DNA of 64,000 nucleotides from a virus (Duplodnaviria > Caudoviricetes): IMG/VR virus record IMGVR_UViG_3300014203_000001, positions 32,001-96,000 of that record. One strand, written 5' to 3'. Below the pieces are notes generated by a model, which worked only from the letters and a program-made list of their open reading frames with translations, was not told where the DNA came from and made no database searches. This document shows, piece after piece, positions 48,635-58,624 of the stretch (its first letter is position 1; every line of letters begins with the position of its first letter). Position numbers and translations under genes: made by a program.

Positions 48635-48646
48635 TATTATTATGTT
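48635..48646 (-). promoter_or_regulatory. late promoter
   Basis: AACA TAATAA TA. Confidence 0.7.
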
Positions 48647-48695
48647 TATGCAAACAAATAAATCATTGATATTATATTGCTATTTTAAGACAACC

Positions 48696-49013
48696 TTATT
48701 TGAATAATAGTGGGATAAGTACTAAAATGTGAGCAGCCTGGTCAATGTATAGACTCGTTGTAAGAGCTGTTTCTTTGGAAGCGTAGTGACACTTCCAATA
48801 ATCAACCACTGTATGGGATAGTATTAACAATATCAGCTTCCATATAGCAAATAATCCTAATAGATCGAGAATAGCAGATATGATTAGTGAATACATAATT
48901 ACATGGCAAAATAATAAGTAATTATTCTTACCTTTCATTGTAGCTAAAAAATCACTTTGTAGCGGAAAATCTGCCAAGTAGTGTCCTAAAACCAAATATA
49001 AAAATGGACTCAT
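48696..49013 (-). CDS. DUF3307-like membrane protein
   Basis: HYLADFPLQ, H..., SHTVVD..K, DQAAH motifs. Confidence 0.8.
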   Translation of the reverse strand: MSPFLYLVLGHYLADFPLQSDFLATMKGKNNYLLFCHVIMYSLIISAILDLLGLFAIWKLILLILSHTVVDYWKCHYASKETALTTSLYIDQAAHILVLIPLLFK

Positions 49014-49032
49014 TGTATATTCCTCCTTAATA
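49008..49032. repeat. 25-bp direct repeat copy 2
   Basis: identical to 48565-48589. Confidence 0.85.
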
Positions 49033-49053
49033 TTATTACTAAAATAGTTATCG

Positions 49054-51660
49054 CTATGAAATTATATTATACTTAATATCAGGTGAGCTATTTGAAAGGG
49101 TATTGATATTCAAAAACTCTGGAACTGTATTGGATTCTACAAACTCCTCTATATTAGTTTGCTTGTATATACTCTGTTTAATAGGACCATATCCATTAAG
49201 ATCTATGAACTTAATATACACTAATTGAGTTCTATACTTGGTGGTGATATATGTTATAAGATTTGGCATATGAAGATTATCAATTGTATTGATATCTTCT
49301 AGATATGCTTTGATATCTGTACTAATATCATCGGTGATTGTACTATACTGTGGCATAGTAAACTTAATCTCGAATGTAAGACTCATATTTACTCTATTCA
49401 AATAAGAAGCATTGTCTATATTATATAGCTTAGAAGGACCGTATGTATTAAAGAACTTAAAGTCTATTCCAAATGAATCTTCTAAGAATATTAAACATGA
49501 CTCTATCCAAATACGTCGATAGTCTATTAGAGATAAGAATATTTTTATTCGCTCTTCTGTATTTAGATAAGTGAATCTTATTAGTGGCATCTTCTTCATA
49601 AAATAATTATAAGAAGCATCTGTATTCTTCTTAAGAGAAATATATGATGTAATAATATTAGTATAATCATAATACAGATCCAATCCAGAACCTAAAATAC
49701 TATACACATTACATAGAGTATAATCGGTTAGATTAGGAATCATATTATCTACATTCTGTTCTCTACCATACTCTTCGTCTAACTTAGCTAGCATAAACAA
49801 TCTAAGATCTACATTAGCAGGAAGATATGCTTTAGCTTCAGTATCTGTTCCTATCTCTTTCATACCAGTTTCAATTATAATTCTACCACTTCTATCTATA
49901 ATATCATTAGTTGTAAACTCTAGTTGGAAAGTATAGATAAACTCATTATCATCATAACTTATAAGTTTAGCGGTAGTATATCTACAAGCAACCCCATCTA
50001 TATATACAACCCCAAATACTTTAATAAAGCAATCAGTTATAACACCATCATCGTCTGTATTTATCAAACCATAATCAACGTTGATATTTTGCGTCATCTC
50101 TACTGTAACTTTATAAGTATTTCTATCAGTATAGAATAATCTTTTACATTTAAGACTGGTCGCAACAAACTGTAGTTGAGACTTAGTATTGATATAATCA
50201 AACGTAAGTGTTCTGCTATAGTCTAAAATATTTAGATAGTACGATACAAAGAATGGATTCTTGTTTATAATAGTCAAGAACGGATTCATAAATAAGAACC
50301 CACTTGTATCGTACGCTGCAATTTCAGCAGTGCTTAATGTAGCTGGAAGCCCAACTGTGGTATTACTATCATAATAGAATGCAGATCCTGGAGCCATTAT
50401 ATAATTCTCTTTATTTATATTCTTAAACATAGCCCTTCCAACTTCTACATCTAGCGTATTAGTAGGCACTATATTATTATCCGTCTTTAGAAGAAGATAA
50501 GAATAATATAATCTCTCTGACTGATTGTGAACTTTTTCTAAGAAGTGCAGTCTACAATCAGCAGAGTTTAGAGAATTAAAGTAGTTATTGATATCAGTAT
50601 ATGTAGTAACTACTCCTCTCGATAATGCTTCTTTTGGAATAGCTTCTTTCAATTCTTCGATAGTTTGCCGATCAGAGCCAGATTCAGAATCTGAGTTTGG
50701 TTTTGTTACCATAAACATATTGTCATAAGAAAACCTCTCTGAAGTTATATCCTGTATAATATTAGCGGTATAAGAGAAGTTGCATTCCGATCCTTTTGTG
50801 GTATATACATTGATAGTCACTTCACAATTGGATCTAGGTTGATATGAATCTCTATTGAATTTGATTCTTATTGTTTTGGAGTCGATATACATGTAATTAC
50901 AAAACTCATATCCACTAGTATAGTCATATAGTCCATCATATACAGAAGTTAGATAGTGTGTATTATTTCCTTCTTTAACTTCTACTGTGAAATATGCTAA
51001 CTGATCTTCAAATGCGAAATTAATAACTTTATTTTCCAATGGATTAGTAATTATAATCTTCTTATATATAGTACTATGTGTAACCTGTCTGATAGTGGTA
51101 TTTAACATAATGAGATTAGTACCACTCATTGTTACATTACCAAGAGTGGGAAGATATGGATTAGTAATATCAGTAATAGCATTTCTATCATTAAGGTCAT
51201 ACATCGCTGTGTATACATACGTTCCATTAGGAAGAAGAGTTCGTTCTATAACGATATCAAAATCTGTATGGTATTCGTACGTGCCAATTTTAATAGCTAC
51301 CTCTTTATCTAAGACAAATTTATCATCTACCATATTATTTAGAAGATTTTCTTCTGGTATACAGATAAAAACATTCATCTCTGCAGGAGCAGCACATAGT
51401 TTTTTTATACCTAGCGATAAAGCATGGCATATTACATTCCTATCAAACTTAGCTTTAGTAGGTATTGCTTCGTTAGAATATTCAGATGCCATTATAGTTG
51501 CATTTTCTATACTATTACTAAATATCTCAGAAAGATATCCATATATACCCATAGTAAGAGTATCTTCAGGTATATCTATAAATTTAGATTTTACACTATC
51601 TACAAATGTAGCTATTTGATACATGTCGGTGGATGCTATAGTAGAAGTAGTATCTGCCAT
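49054..51660 (-). CDS. baseplate wedge protein (T4 gp6/J-like)
   Basis: NEAIPTKAK..NV..HA..LG, YTTKGSECN, SGSDRQTIEELK...RGVVTT..D. Confidence 0.7.
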   Translation of the reverse strand: MADTTSTIASTDMYQIATFVDSVKSKFIDIPEDTLTMGIYGYLSEIFSNSIENATIMASEYSNEAIPTKAKFDRNVICHALSLGIKKLCAAPAEMNVFICIPEENLLNNMVDDKFVLDKEVAIKIGTYEYHTDFDIVIERTLLPNGTYVYTAMYDLNDRNAITDITNPYLPTLGNVTMSGTNLIMLNTTIRQVTHSTIYKKIIITNPLENKVINFAFEDQLAYFTVEVKEGNNTHYLTSVYDGLYDYTSGYEFCNYMYIDSKTIRIKFNRDSYQPRSNCEVTINVYTTKGSECNFSYTANIIQDITSERFSYDNMFMVTKPNSDSESGSDRQTIEELKEAIPKEALSRGVVTTYTDINNYFNSLNSADCRLHFLEKVHNQSERLYYSYLLLKTDNNIVPTNTLDVEVGRAMFKNINKENYIMAPGSAFYYDSNTTVGLPATLSTAEIAAYDTSGFLFMNPFLTIINKNPFFVSYYLNILDYSRTLTFDYINTKSQLQFVATSLKCKRLFYTDRNTYKVTVEMTQNINVDYGLINTDDDGVITDCFIKVFGVVYIDGVACRYTTAKLISYDDNEFIYTFQLEFTTNDIIDRSGRIIIETGMKEIGTDTEAKAYLPANVDLRLFMLAKLDEEYGREQNVDNMIPNLTDYTLCNVYSILGSGLDLYYDYTNIITSYISLKKNTDASYNYFMKKMPLIRFTYLNTEERIKIFLSLIDYRRIWIESCLIFLEDSFGIDFKFFNTYGPSKLYNIDNASYLNRVNMSLTFEIKFTMPQYSTITDDISTDIKAYLEDINTIDNLHMPNLITYITTKYRTQLVYIKFIDLNGYGPIKQSIYKQTNIEEFVESNTVPEFLNINTLSNSSPDIKYNIIS

Positions 51661-51663
51661 TTA

Positions 51664-52671
51664 TTATACCCTCCATTTCAATTTATATTGTTTATACTTA
51701 CCAAGCCCAGCATTATCCAGAATAATATATGGAACTAATACATTCTCACCACTAATACAATTAGTAGCGATATCATATATAGGAACATCAGTTCCGCCAC
51801 TCTTAGATATACGTGCTAATTCATTAAAATCAGATATTGTATTGGGTATCATATCTTCTTGAAAAGTACACTTCCAATGCGTAGTAAACTTAAGATGCCC
51901 ATCAGACGATAAATCTGAAAAGACTTCTCTTGGGCAATTCAAAGGAAAACACCCGAAGAGCTGGGACCAATGAATAATAGTTTCTCCATCTTCTCCTACA
52001 ATAAACTTATATAAAGTCATCTGATCATGCAATACTTTATTCTGTCTATATAGATCATTAGGAGGAGATATCTTGCCCTCAAACTTTTTCTTATTGTACA
52101 TATCGAATGTCTTAAACCAAAGATAAACGTCTAAATACTTATTATCTTCAAACTCTATAGAAAAGTCTCCTTCTTCATCCGAATGGTCAGATGACTTTCT
52201 ATAAAATAATCTAGTACCATATAGATTAGCGGATGTTTCTACAGCTTCTACGTTTATAGCATTCAGGTCTAGATTAGAAGTTTTTTCGTTAGATAATATT
52301 CTAACAAATGGTGTAGATTTGTCTACACTATATTGCAGATCTCTGAGTACAGTAGTATTGTATCCTCTTCTAAGAAGATCTGCAAAATACGGCATATTTT
52401 CAATCTCTTTATTCAGAGTGCATATATCAGTACTATTAAATAGATGCAAATCTGGTTTGGTAAAGAATACATATTCTCTAGTAGTTCCTAGCATATTGTA
52501 AGGATCTATTCTCGGAAATCTATAAAATACGTTAAACTTATCTAACTCAGCTCTAGTATATATACCATTAGCTCGTATAAGTTTTTTATATTCATTACTA
52601 TCTTCTTTTGCCATTAAAGCAGTTCTAGCATCGTTCCAAGTGGCAGATGTTTTTAATTCATATTCAGCCAA
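51664..52671 (-). CDS. tail tube-fold / baseplate protein
   Basis: Likely TTG start at 52671 after GGAGGGAG; FSIEFED...LFGCFP; late promoter at 52697-52708. Confidence 0.45.
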   Translation of the reverse strand: MAEYELKTSATWNDARTALMAKEDSNEYKKLIRANGIYTRAELDKFNVFYRFPRIDPYNMLGTTREYVFFTKPDLHLFNSTDICTLNKEIENMPYFADLLRRGYNTTVLRDLQYSVDKSTPFVRILSNEKTSNLDLNAINVEAVETSANLYGTRLFYRKSSDHSDEEGDFSIEFEDNKYLDVYLWFKTFDMYNKKKFEGKISPPNDLYRQNKVLHDQMTLYKFIVGEDGETIIHWSQLFGCFPLNCPREVFSDLSSDGHLKFTTHWKCTFQEDMIPNTISDFNELARISKSGGTDVPIYDIATNCISGENVLVPYIILDNAGLGKYKQYKLKWRV

Positions 52672-52696
52672 TATAACTCCCTCCTTGTCTTTCATT

Positions 52697-52708
52697 TAAT
52701 CTGATGTT
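52697..52708 (-). promoter_or_regulatory. late promoter
   Basis: AACA TCAGAT TA. Confidence 0.7.
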
Positions 52709-52744
52709 CCCAATATGCTTTTGTAGGGTAAAATATATTATGCT

Positions 52745-52762
52745 TATATATTATATATGTGA
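52745..52762 (+). promoter_or_regulatory. early promoter
   Basis: TATATATTATATATGTGA. Confidence 0.65.
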
Positions 52763-52924
52763 AAAGAAAAAGGAGGTGATAAAAACAAGCGAGCATTTGA
52801 AGAAATTTAAAAGCTATTGTGTATATCGCAATGCCATACAACAGGTAGATAGAATACTCCCCGACACTTTATAAGGATATACGTTACGGCGTAAACACTA
52901 AAAAATTATTGGGGGTATTTGAAT

Positions 52925-53185
52925 ATGATAACATGGGGTAATCCGAACATGCCAATTATTAGACAGAATCTTGCTAGACAGACTAGAGAGGATATGCTAC
53001 GCGAGTCTCAGATTGATCTGAACCGAAAGCTAAGCTCATCATTGCCTGCGACTCAAGTGAAGGATAATAGGACGGTAGTTCATAACCACTTTAATATCAT
53101 CATCAACGTTGCACCAAATACTAGTGAGGATAAGATAACGTCAATTGTGCAAAAGCTAACAACTATTGCAGAGAGAGTTAACTAA
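52925..53185 (+). CDS. hypothetical early protein with long leader
   Basis: ATG at 52925 after GGGGGT. Confidence 0.55.
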   Translation: MITWGNPNMPIIRQNLARQTREDMLRESQIDLNRKLSSSLPATQVKDNRTVVHNHFNIIINVAPNTSEDKITSIVQKLTTIAERVN

Positions 53186-53243
53186 AACTACTATGTATTT
53201 GATTGTATGCATTGTAATGTATATAATCTTTTTTATTTTTTGG

Positions 53244-53255
53244 GACATAAGAGTA
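53244..53255 (+). promoter_or_regulatory. late promoter variant
   Basis: GACA TAAGAG TA. Confidence 0.55.
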
Positions 53256-53278
53256 AAATATACATGGGAGGTAATGAT

Positions 53279-54538
53279 ATGACGAATAATCCTAGAACAA
53301 TTCATGAAACTGTCATTAGAGATATAGTTTCAGTTATAAGTGATATATCCTCAGAGGCTGAGCCACTGAAGGGTTTATTTGCAAACAACAGTTTTAGAAG
53401 TGTGGCTAAAGCATCTTCTAATTTAACCCTAGTATTTCCTTGTATTGCTACAGAAAATACTCAAATTGAATCTGCAAGAATGATTACCAAGTCGGTAGAA
53501 AGAAAAGCTGTAGCTATGCTACAGATGCTTTTGTCTGCAATATGCATCTCAGATAGCAAAAGTGCTATAGAGCACATTCAAAAGTTCCATAACAATATTG
53601 ATATGGGTGATGATCTAAATGTGGATGAGTTCATTGGTATTATGGATAAAATTGCTACTAGCGAATCATCTGGTATTGAAATTGCAGATAAGAGAATGTA
53701 TGATATGGTCATGGAGGATCTTAGAAATAATACCAGTTATTGCTTAGATGAGAACATGAATCCTAGAAGTATTAATTCTTATAGCGTAGACAGAAGTAGA
53801 GTAGATGGTATTTATATTGAAGCTGATATATATGACGCTGGCGACAAAGAGTTCAAGCAAATGACTGATATAGCCAAAAATCAAGTTATCGACACTGACG
53901 TTAAGAAAGCCAATGAATTGATTCCTTCTCTAATGGTAATCAAATTTATTAGTTCTACTGATGGTGGTTCTATTCCAACTAATGTAGTTATTGGAGTTAA
54001 GGCTAAGTTACAATATGTATCTTCTAGTGATATGATCAATCGTCTTGTTATAAAAAATAAAGATAAGAATGGTCTATTCAACTTTGTAAAAGCATTTACT
54101 AGAGAAACTTCTTTCTGGAAAGATTTTGTTTTTGCTGTAGATAGAGCCAAGATTGATGCTATCTCTACTTCTGGTAGAGGATCTTCATCTAAGATTTGGA
54201 AGTTATTAGAACGTAGAGCACTTAAGAGCAAAATCAAAAGAGGTATTGGTCTTAATAACGATGCTAGTGCTATTACTACCATCATCTTATCTAAAGAAGA
54301 AGCAGAAGTGTTAAAGAAAGACTATCAGATCGATGTTAGACGAGCATCTGTTGCTGCTCAATTAATGGGTGCATATAATTTAATGGGATTTGTAATTTGC
54401 GATCAGGTATTAGAGAAAGTGGACTTCTTATTCGATGATGGATCAAATGAATTTGAAACTGTTTCGTTTACTCATCTTGAAAGAGAAGATGGTGGAAATT
54501 ATAAAAAGGTTATTAACCTTTTAGCTAAATCTAGATAA
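53279..54538 (+). CDS. virion protein
   Basis: Start MTNNP after GGGAGGT; IHE/LDE/YIEA motifs. Confidence 0.55.
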   Translation: MTNNPRTIHETVIRDIVSVISDISSEAEPLKGLFANNSFRSVAKASSNLTLVFPCIATENTQIESARMITKSVERKAVAMLQMLLSAICISDSKSAIEHIQKFHNNIDMGDDLNVDEFIGIMDKIATSESSGIEIADKRMYDMVMEDLRNNTSYCLDENMNPRSINSYSVDRSRVDGIYIEADIYDAGDKEFKQMTDIAKNQVIDTDVKKANELIPSLMVIKFISSTDGGSIPTNVVIGVKAKLQYVSSSDMINRLVIKNKDKNGLFNFVKAFTRETSFWKDFVFAVDRAKIDAISTSGRGSSSKIWKLLERRALKSKIKRGIGLNNDASAITTIILSKEEAEVLKKDYQIDVRRASVAAQLMGAYNLMGFVICDQVLEKVDFLFDDGSNEFETVSFTHLEREDGGNYKKVINLLAKSR

Positions 54539-54552
54539 AGGAGGATATTACA

Positions 54553-55560
54553 TTGAAAGAATATTTTAGAGCTGCTATAACAGAGCATATGGATATACAA
54601 GATGAAAAGACTAGAAATGTTATTCTTAGTCTTAATGAACAAGATCAAGATAGTGTATTATTATCTTTGACTGGCAAATTGTATCAGATGATTGTAGATA
54701 AAGTTGATGATATTGACTTTGGTGATATCCCTGATACTAAAGGAGATATCGAATCTCTTCCTGCTTATGACAAGATTGTATCTAGTATTGAAACCCTTAG
54801 AGCTATATTAGAACAATATAAACAACCAACAGAAAGTATTGATACTATCGACAATGCATTATCCAACTTGGTAAATCATAAAGATTTATTTAAGAGAGGG
54901 TATATGGCTAATATCGAACTTATTCAAGTTACTTATTGTGAAGTGGCATTAGCTATTGTTAATAGTATTTCATATATGATTGCTGCTACTATTGACTTTA
55001 TTAAGAATCCTAGCGATGAAGGTTTTCAACTTTCATTTACTAGAACAGGATTGGCTAGAACTAAAGATTCTCTAGTATATTCTAACTTAGTTAAGTTTAA
55101 TGAAGCATGTAGACACAACCAATTAGAGAATGCTTTTGATCCTCTAATCAAAGCTAGAGTTAAAAACTTTACTGGATTAGAAATTGGAGCTATTGCTGGT
55201 GGTATTGCTGTTGCGGGTATTCTGTTAAACATTTTACCTATTCTACGAGAGCTAACTTTCTTTTTTTATGCTACTCGTACTAGAATTAGCCAATACTTCG
55301 ATCTTCAAGCAGATTTGTTAGAGATGAATGCTACTGCTATTAAGAACAATGATATTAGAACAGTAGATGATAAAGGTAAAGTTGTTAAACGTCAAATGTC
55401 TATTGCATCTGGGTTCCGTACATTATCTAATAAGATTTGTATTACTCATGTTGCGGCTGAGAAGGATACTCCTAAAGCTATTAAAGCGGAGAATAAAAAA
55501 ATGAAAATCGATGATGTTGTTGATACTATGCCAGATTCAGCAGCTCAATCATTGTTTTAG
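54553..55560 (+). CDS. virion protein with hydrophobic segment
   Basis: LNEQ motif; IGAIAGGIAVAGILLNILPIL. Confidence 0.55.
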   Translation: MKEYFRAAITEHMDIQDEKTRNVILSLNEQDQDSVLLSLTGKLYQMIVDKVDDIDFGDIPDTKGDIESLPAYDKIVSSIETLRAILEQYKQPTESIDTIDNALSNLVNHKDLFKRGYMANIELIQVTYCEVALAIVNSISYMIAATIDFIKNPSDEGFQLSFTRTGLARTKDSLVYSNLVKFNEACRHNQLENAFDPLIKARVKNFTGLEIGAIAGGIAVAGILLNILPILRELTFFFYATRTRISQYFDLQADLLEMNATAIKNNDIRTVDDKGKVVKRQMSIASGFRTLSNKICITHVAAEKDTPKAIKAENKKMKIDDVVDTMPDSAAQSLF

Positions 55561-55573
55561 GAGGTGTGATAAA

Positions 55574-56527
55574 ATGGGTATGGATAAAGTTTTAACTTCA
55601 GGTGAGTTTGCTAAGATAACTCTAGAGCAATACGACCAAGGTCTTGTTAATCAAAAGAGTTATCAAGAGCATGTTCAATATGAAGAAGGTAAGAAATTTA
55701 ACGAAGATATGATTACTCTTCAAGAAGGATTAAATAATGTAAGAACTAGACAACAAAAGTTATCTAGCTTCTCAGAACAATTAAAAGAAAATCTTTTACA
55801 AGAATGCTTATGCAGTATCTTCGATGAGGTTATGAAAGCAGAAAGAGCAACTCAACATGAAATGGCTATCGGTCATTCTATGATATCTAAACTTATCAAA
55901 GAAGAAGGTGTAAATAATCTTCTAACTAGATTTGAATATAAGAATATCATTCTATCTGAGTTTGCTAGATGCACTGAAAAGTATCATGCTTTAGTAATGG
56001 AAACAGTTGGGCAAAAAGCATCCGCCGAACCAGATGATGATAGCTGTTATGTATTCGATAAAGAAATTGCAATGAAGTTTATGGATGATGTTAAAGACAT
56101 TACTCCTCAACGTACCATAGATCTTATCCGTGATAGGGTTGGAGACGCTATGCAAACTTTTGTTGATCAGAATACAGAGAACAAATTAGCGATTAAAGAT
56201 ATTTATACTAAAGCCAAAGTATCTACAGAAAAGGCAGAATCTGATACTGTTAAAGAAGAGTATGCTGCTAGGGCTAGATATCTAACCGAACAGGTTTATT
56301 CTAAACCTACTAATGTATTCGGAGCTATGGTAAATATTATTGGCGAATCTGTTGTGCAGAATAAAGATTTACAGCAGCATTACATGGAAGGCACTACACT
56401 TAAAATGAATGCTTTAGCTGACGATGTAAGAGTAATGTATACAGTACTTGAAATGGCTAATACTATCAATGCTATTTCAGTAAATGAAAATTACATCAAA
56501 CAAATCATTCTAGACTTAAAATCATAA
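55574..56527 (+). CDS. helical virion protein
   Basis: Start MGMDK after GGAGGTG; LQEG/VME/VKEE motifs. Confidence 0.55.
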   Translation: MGMDKVLTSGEFAKITLEQYDQGLVNQKSYQEHVQYEEGKKFNEDMITLQEGLNNVRTRQQKLSSFSEQLKENLLQECLCSIFDEVMKAERATQHEMAIGHSMISKLIKEEGVNNLLTRFEYKNIILSEFARCTEKYHALVMETVGQKASAEPDDDSCYVFDKEIAMKFMDDVKDITPQRTIDLIRDRVGDAMQTFVDQNTENKLAIKDIYTKAKVSTEKAESDTVKEEYAARARYLTEQVYSKPTNVFGAMVNIIGESVVQNKDLQQHYMEGTTLKMNALADDVRVMYTVLEMANTINAISVNENYIKQIILDLKS

Positions 56528-56534
56528 AAAATAA

Positions 56535-56560
56535 ACCCGTACTACAATTGTAGTACGGGT
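56535..56560. terminator. bidirectional terminator, perfect 26-bp palindrome
   Basis: ACCCGTACTACAATTGTAGTACGGGT between convergent genes. Confidence 0.8.
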
Positions 56561-56565
56561 ATTTA

Positions 56566-57153
56566 TTATTGAGCGACTGTAATTATATATCCATTTTTAT
56601 CTTCATTAATAATATACATGATATTTCGCATATATGTTTTATCAAATTTAATACAGCTTCCGATATTTATTTTACAATAATCCAGATCTAAAGATGTACA
56701 TGCATTCTTGCTATATACTATATCAATATGATCGTTTTTATTAGATATGTGACCATATAGATATTTACTTGTCTCTTGACATCTATCAAATATTACAGTA
56801 GCGTTAACTATATTAATACCATATATGGGGTGATGTTCAAACGTTATTTTGTTATGAAAGAAATCTTTTATTTTATCAACGCATTCATCTATATTTTTTT
56901 CTGAAACTTTTATAAAACCATTATCTGGTACGTCATTCTCTCCTTTAATATATCTAAAATATTTTTCTACCTCTTCTGCATCGACTTCTATTGGATATGT
57001 GCCAGTATCACATATTGTAGAACCAGTTGGTAATTCTATAGTATTCTCAGCATCATCAGTATCGTAATCTACTATGATTACCTCTACATCCTCAGTATCA
57101 GAAACTATGTTTTGAATAATTCCACCTTCGACTACTACTAAAAGTTTTGCCAT
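56566..57153 (-). CDS. hypothetical protein
   Basis: 195 aa; N-terminal VVVEGG..Q...D...V.IVDYD module. Confidence 0.6.
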   Translation of the reverse strand: MAKLLVVVEGGIIQNIVSDTEDVEVIIVDYDTDDAENTIELPTGSTICDTGTYPIEVDAEEVEKYFRYIKGENDVPDNGFIKVSEKNIDECVDKIKDFFHNKITFEHHPIYGINIVNATVIFDRCQETSKYLYGHISNKNDHIDIVYSKNACTSLDLDYCKINIGSCIKFDKTYMRNIMYIINEDKNGYIITVAQ

Positions 57154-57167
57154 TTTCTATCACTCCT

Positions 57168-57523
57168 TTAGTTAAGTACTTTTGGAACCCAATCTTTAAC
57201 TGTAGTTTCTACACTAATATCATCGAAAGAGATTCCGCTAGCATCGCAAGCATTTTCAATACTTTTAGCTATCATACCACTTGTCATAAGTTTTATGAAA
57301 GCTTCTTTATTTGCATTTTCAGATAGATCTACAATTATATTTAGAGTAATTGCTTTTATGTCTCTGGATTCGTCATCTTTATCGACATTTACCAATACAT
57401 TAGATATCTGATAATCTGGAGCCTCACCAAGGCACCCAAAAAGTTAGGAATACGTATCACACTTAAACTAACCGATTCTGAATTTGATTTTACTATAGTT
57501 TGTACACATAAAACGTCAACCAT
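57168..57523 (-). CDS. early gene interrupted by a -1 frameshift (programmed or mutation)
   Basis: ATG at 57523 with RBS; downstream frame opens at C-TTT-TTG (57437-57443). Confidence 0.45.
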
Positions 57524-57546
57524 CTTTACATCACTCCTAAAAGTTT

Positions 57547-57587
57547 GATGCAATATTTATTATTGCTCATCTATATAATATATAACC
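57547..57587 (-). promoter_or_regulatory. early promoter + leader hairpin
   Basis: GGTTATATATTATATAGATGAGCAATA-ataaa-TATTGCATC. Confidence 0.75.
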
Positions 57588-57590
57588 ATA

Positions 57591-57629
57591 ATAATATAAG
57601 GATACACAATTTGTGTATCCTTATATTAT
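57591..57629. terminator. hairpin
   Basis: 19-bp arms ataatataaggatacacaa/ttgtgtatccttatattat. Confidence 0.7.
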
Positions 57630-57630
57630 C

Positions 57631-58188
57631 TCATTTAAGTGTATATTTATCACCATTACCTAATGTAGCAGTTATCTCAGTACTATCCTCAATAAGATCA
57701 TATAGATCAGCTTTATCAAATAATTTATTCTTTAGTTCTAAAGAATAATGGTTACTTTTGAATTCGCTATATAGTTTTACCAAAAGATTCAATTCAATTC
57801 CACCATTAGTATTATTAGTCCATACAGCTCGGTTATTCTTATCTACGCTAATAACATTTGCCCATTTAACAAATTTATCACCATAAGGTGTGCTAACATT
57901 TACACCTTTTATATTTACTAGTTTAACATATCCAGTTAACTCAGGATTAGATTCATTTTTATATACAACTAAATCTCCAATATTGGTAGTAAATCTGTAA
58001 TCGATCTTAAATTGTTTCTCTTCATATTCTCCCATTTTTGTTACTACCTCTTGTGCATTAACATCCTCGCAATCTACCCTTTCTTTTTCCATATCAGAAA
58101 CCATTTTATTGAACCATTTGTCCATCCCTTCGAAATCTTTACCACATTCTCTCATTTTAGATATTGTATCTTGTAGTGGCTCACTCAT
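57631..58188 (-). CDS. hypothetical protein
   Basis: 185 aa. Confidence 0.6.
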   Translation of the reverse strand: MSEPLQDTISKMRECGKDFEGMDKWFNKMVSDMEKERVDCEDVNAQEVVTKMGEYEEKQFKIDYRFTTNIGDLVVYKNESNPELTGYVKLVNIKGVNVSTPYGDKFVKWANVISVDKNNRAVWTNNTNGGIELNLLVKLYSEFKSNHYSLELKNKLFDKADLYDLIEDSTEITATLGNGDKYTLK

Positions 58189-58201
58189 ATTAATATTCCT
58201 C

Positions 58202-58609
58202 CTATAAGTTTATAAGAATAGTATTTTCTCCAATACGTCCGATATAATAGAATAGGTTAGCTGGTAGGCTAAAGAATTTAATTACATCTTCTACATGCAT
58301 AAGTGAGTAGATAGATGTCTTATACTGGTTATAAAATTTCTTCATAATAGCATCGATAATGCTATAGAAAGTCATAGAGTTGTAAGCATTACCATCAATC
58401 TTTTTCATGAATGCTTTACGGAATTGGATTTGAATGGTTTTGTTTGTATAGTCAATATTATAACTAGAGATGTAATTAGAAACATCTCCTTTTTCAGTTT
58501 TAATGATATCTAATAATGTATCTAGTTTATCAGGAGAGTAGAATTCGTTTTTACATAGTTTATGTCTTACATCTCCTGCGAAAATAATAAGTTCTTCTTG
58601 TGATTTCAT
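58202..58609 (-). CDS. hypothetical protein
   Basis: 135 aa. Confidence 0.6.
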   Translation of the reverse strand: MKSQEELIIFAGDVRHKLCKNEFYSPDKLDTLLDIIKTEKGDVSNYISSYNIDYTNKTIQIQFRKAFMKKIDGNAYNSMTFYSIIDAIMKKFYNQYKTSIYSLMHVEDVIKFFSLPANLFYYIGRIGENTILINL

Positions 58610-58624
58610 GATATATTTCTCCTT

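Noticed and set aside
52672-52698. Leaderless mRNA starting at ATG 52695
   Set aside because: GGAGGGAG with a well-spaced in-frame TTG at 52671 is the simpler explanation
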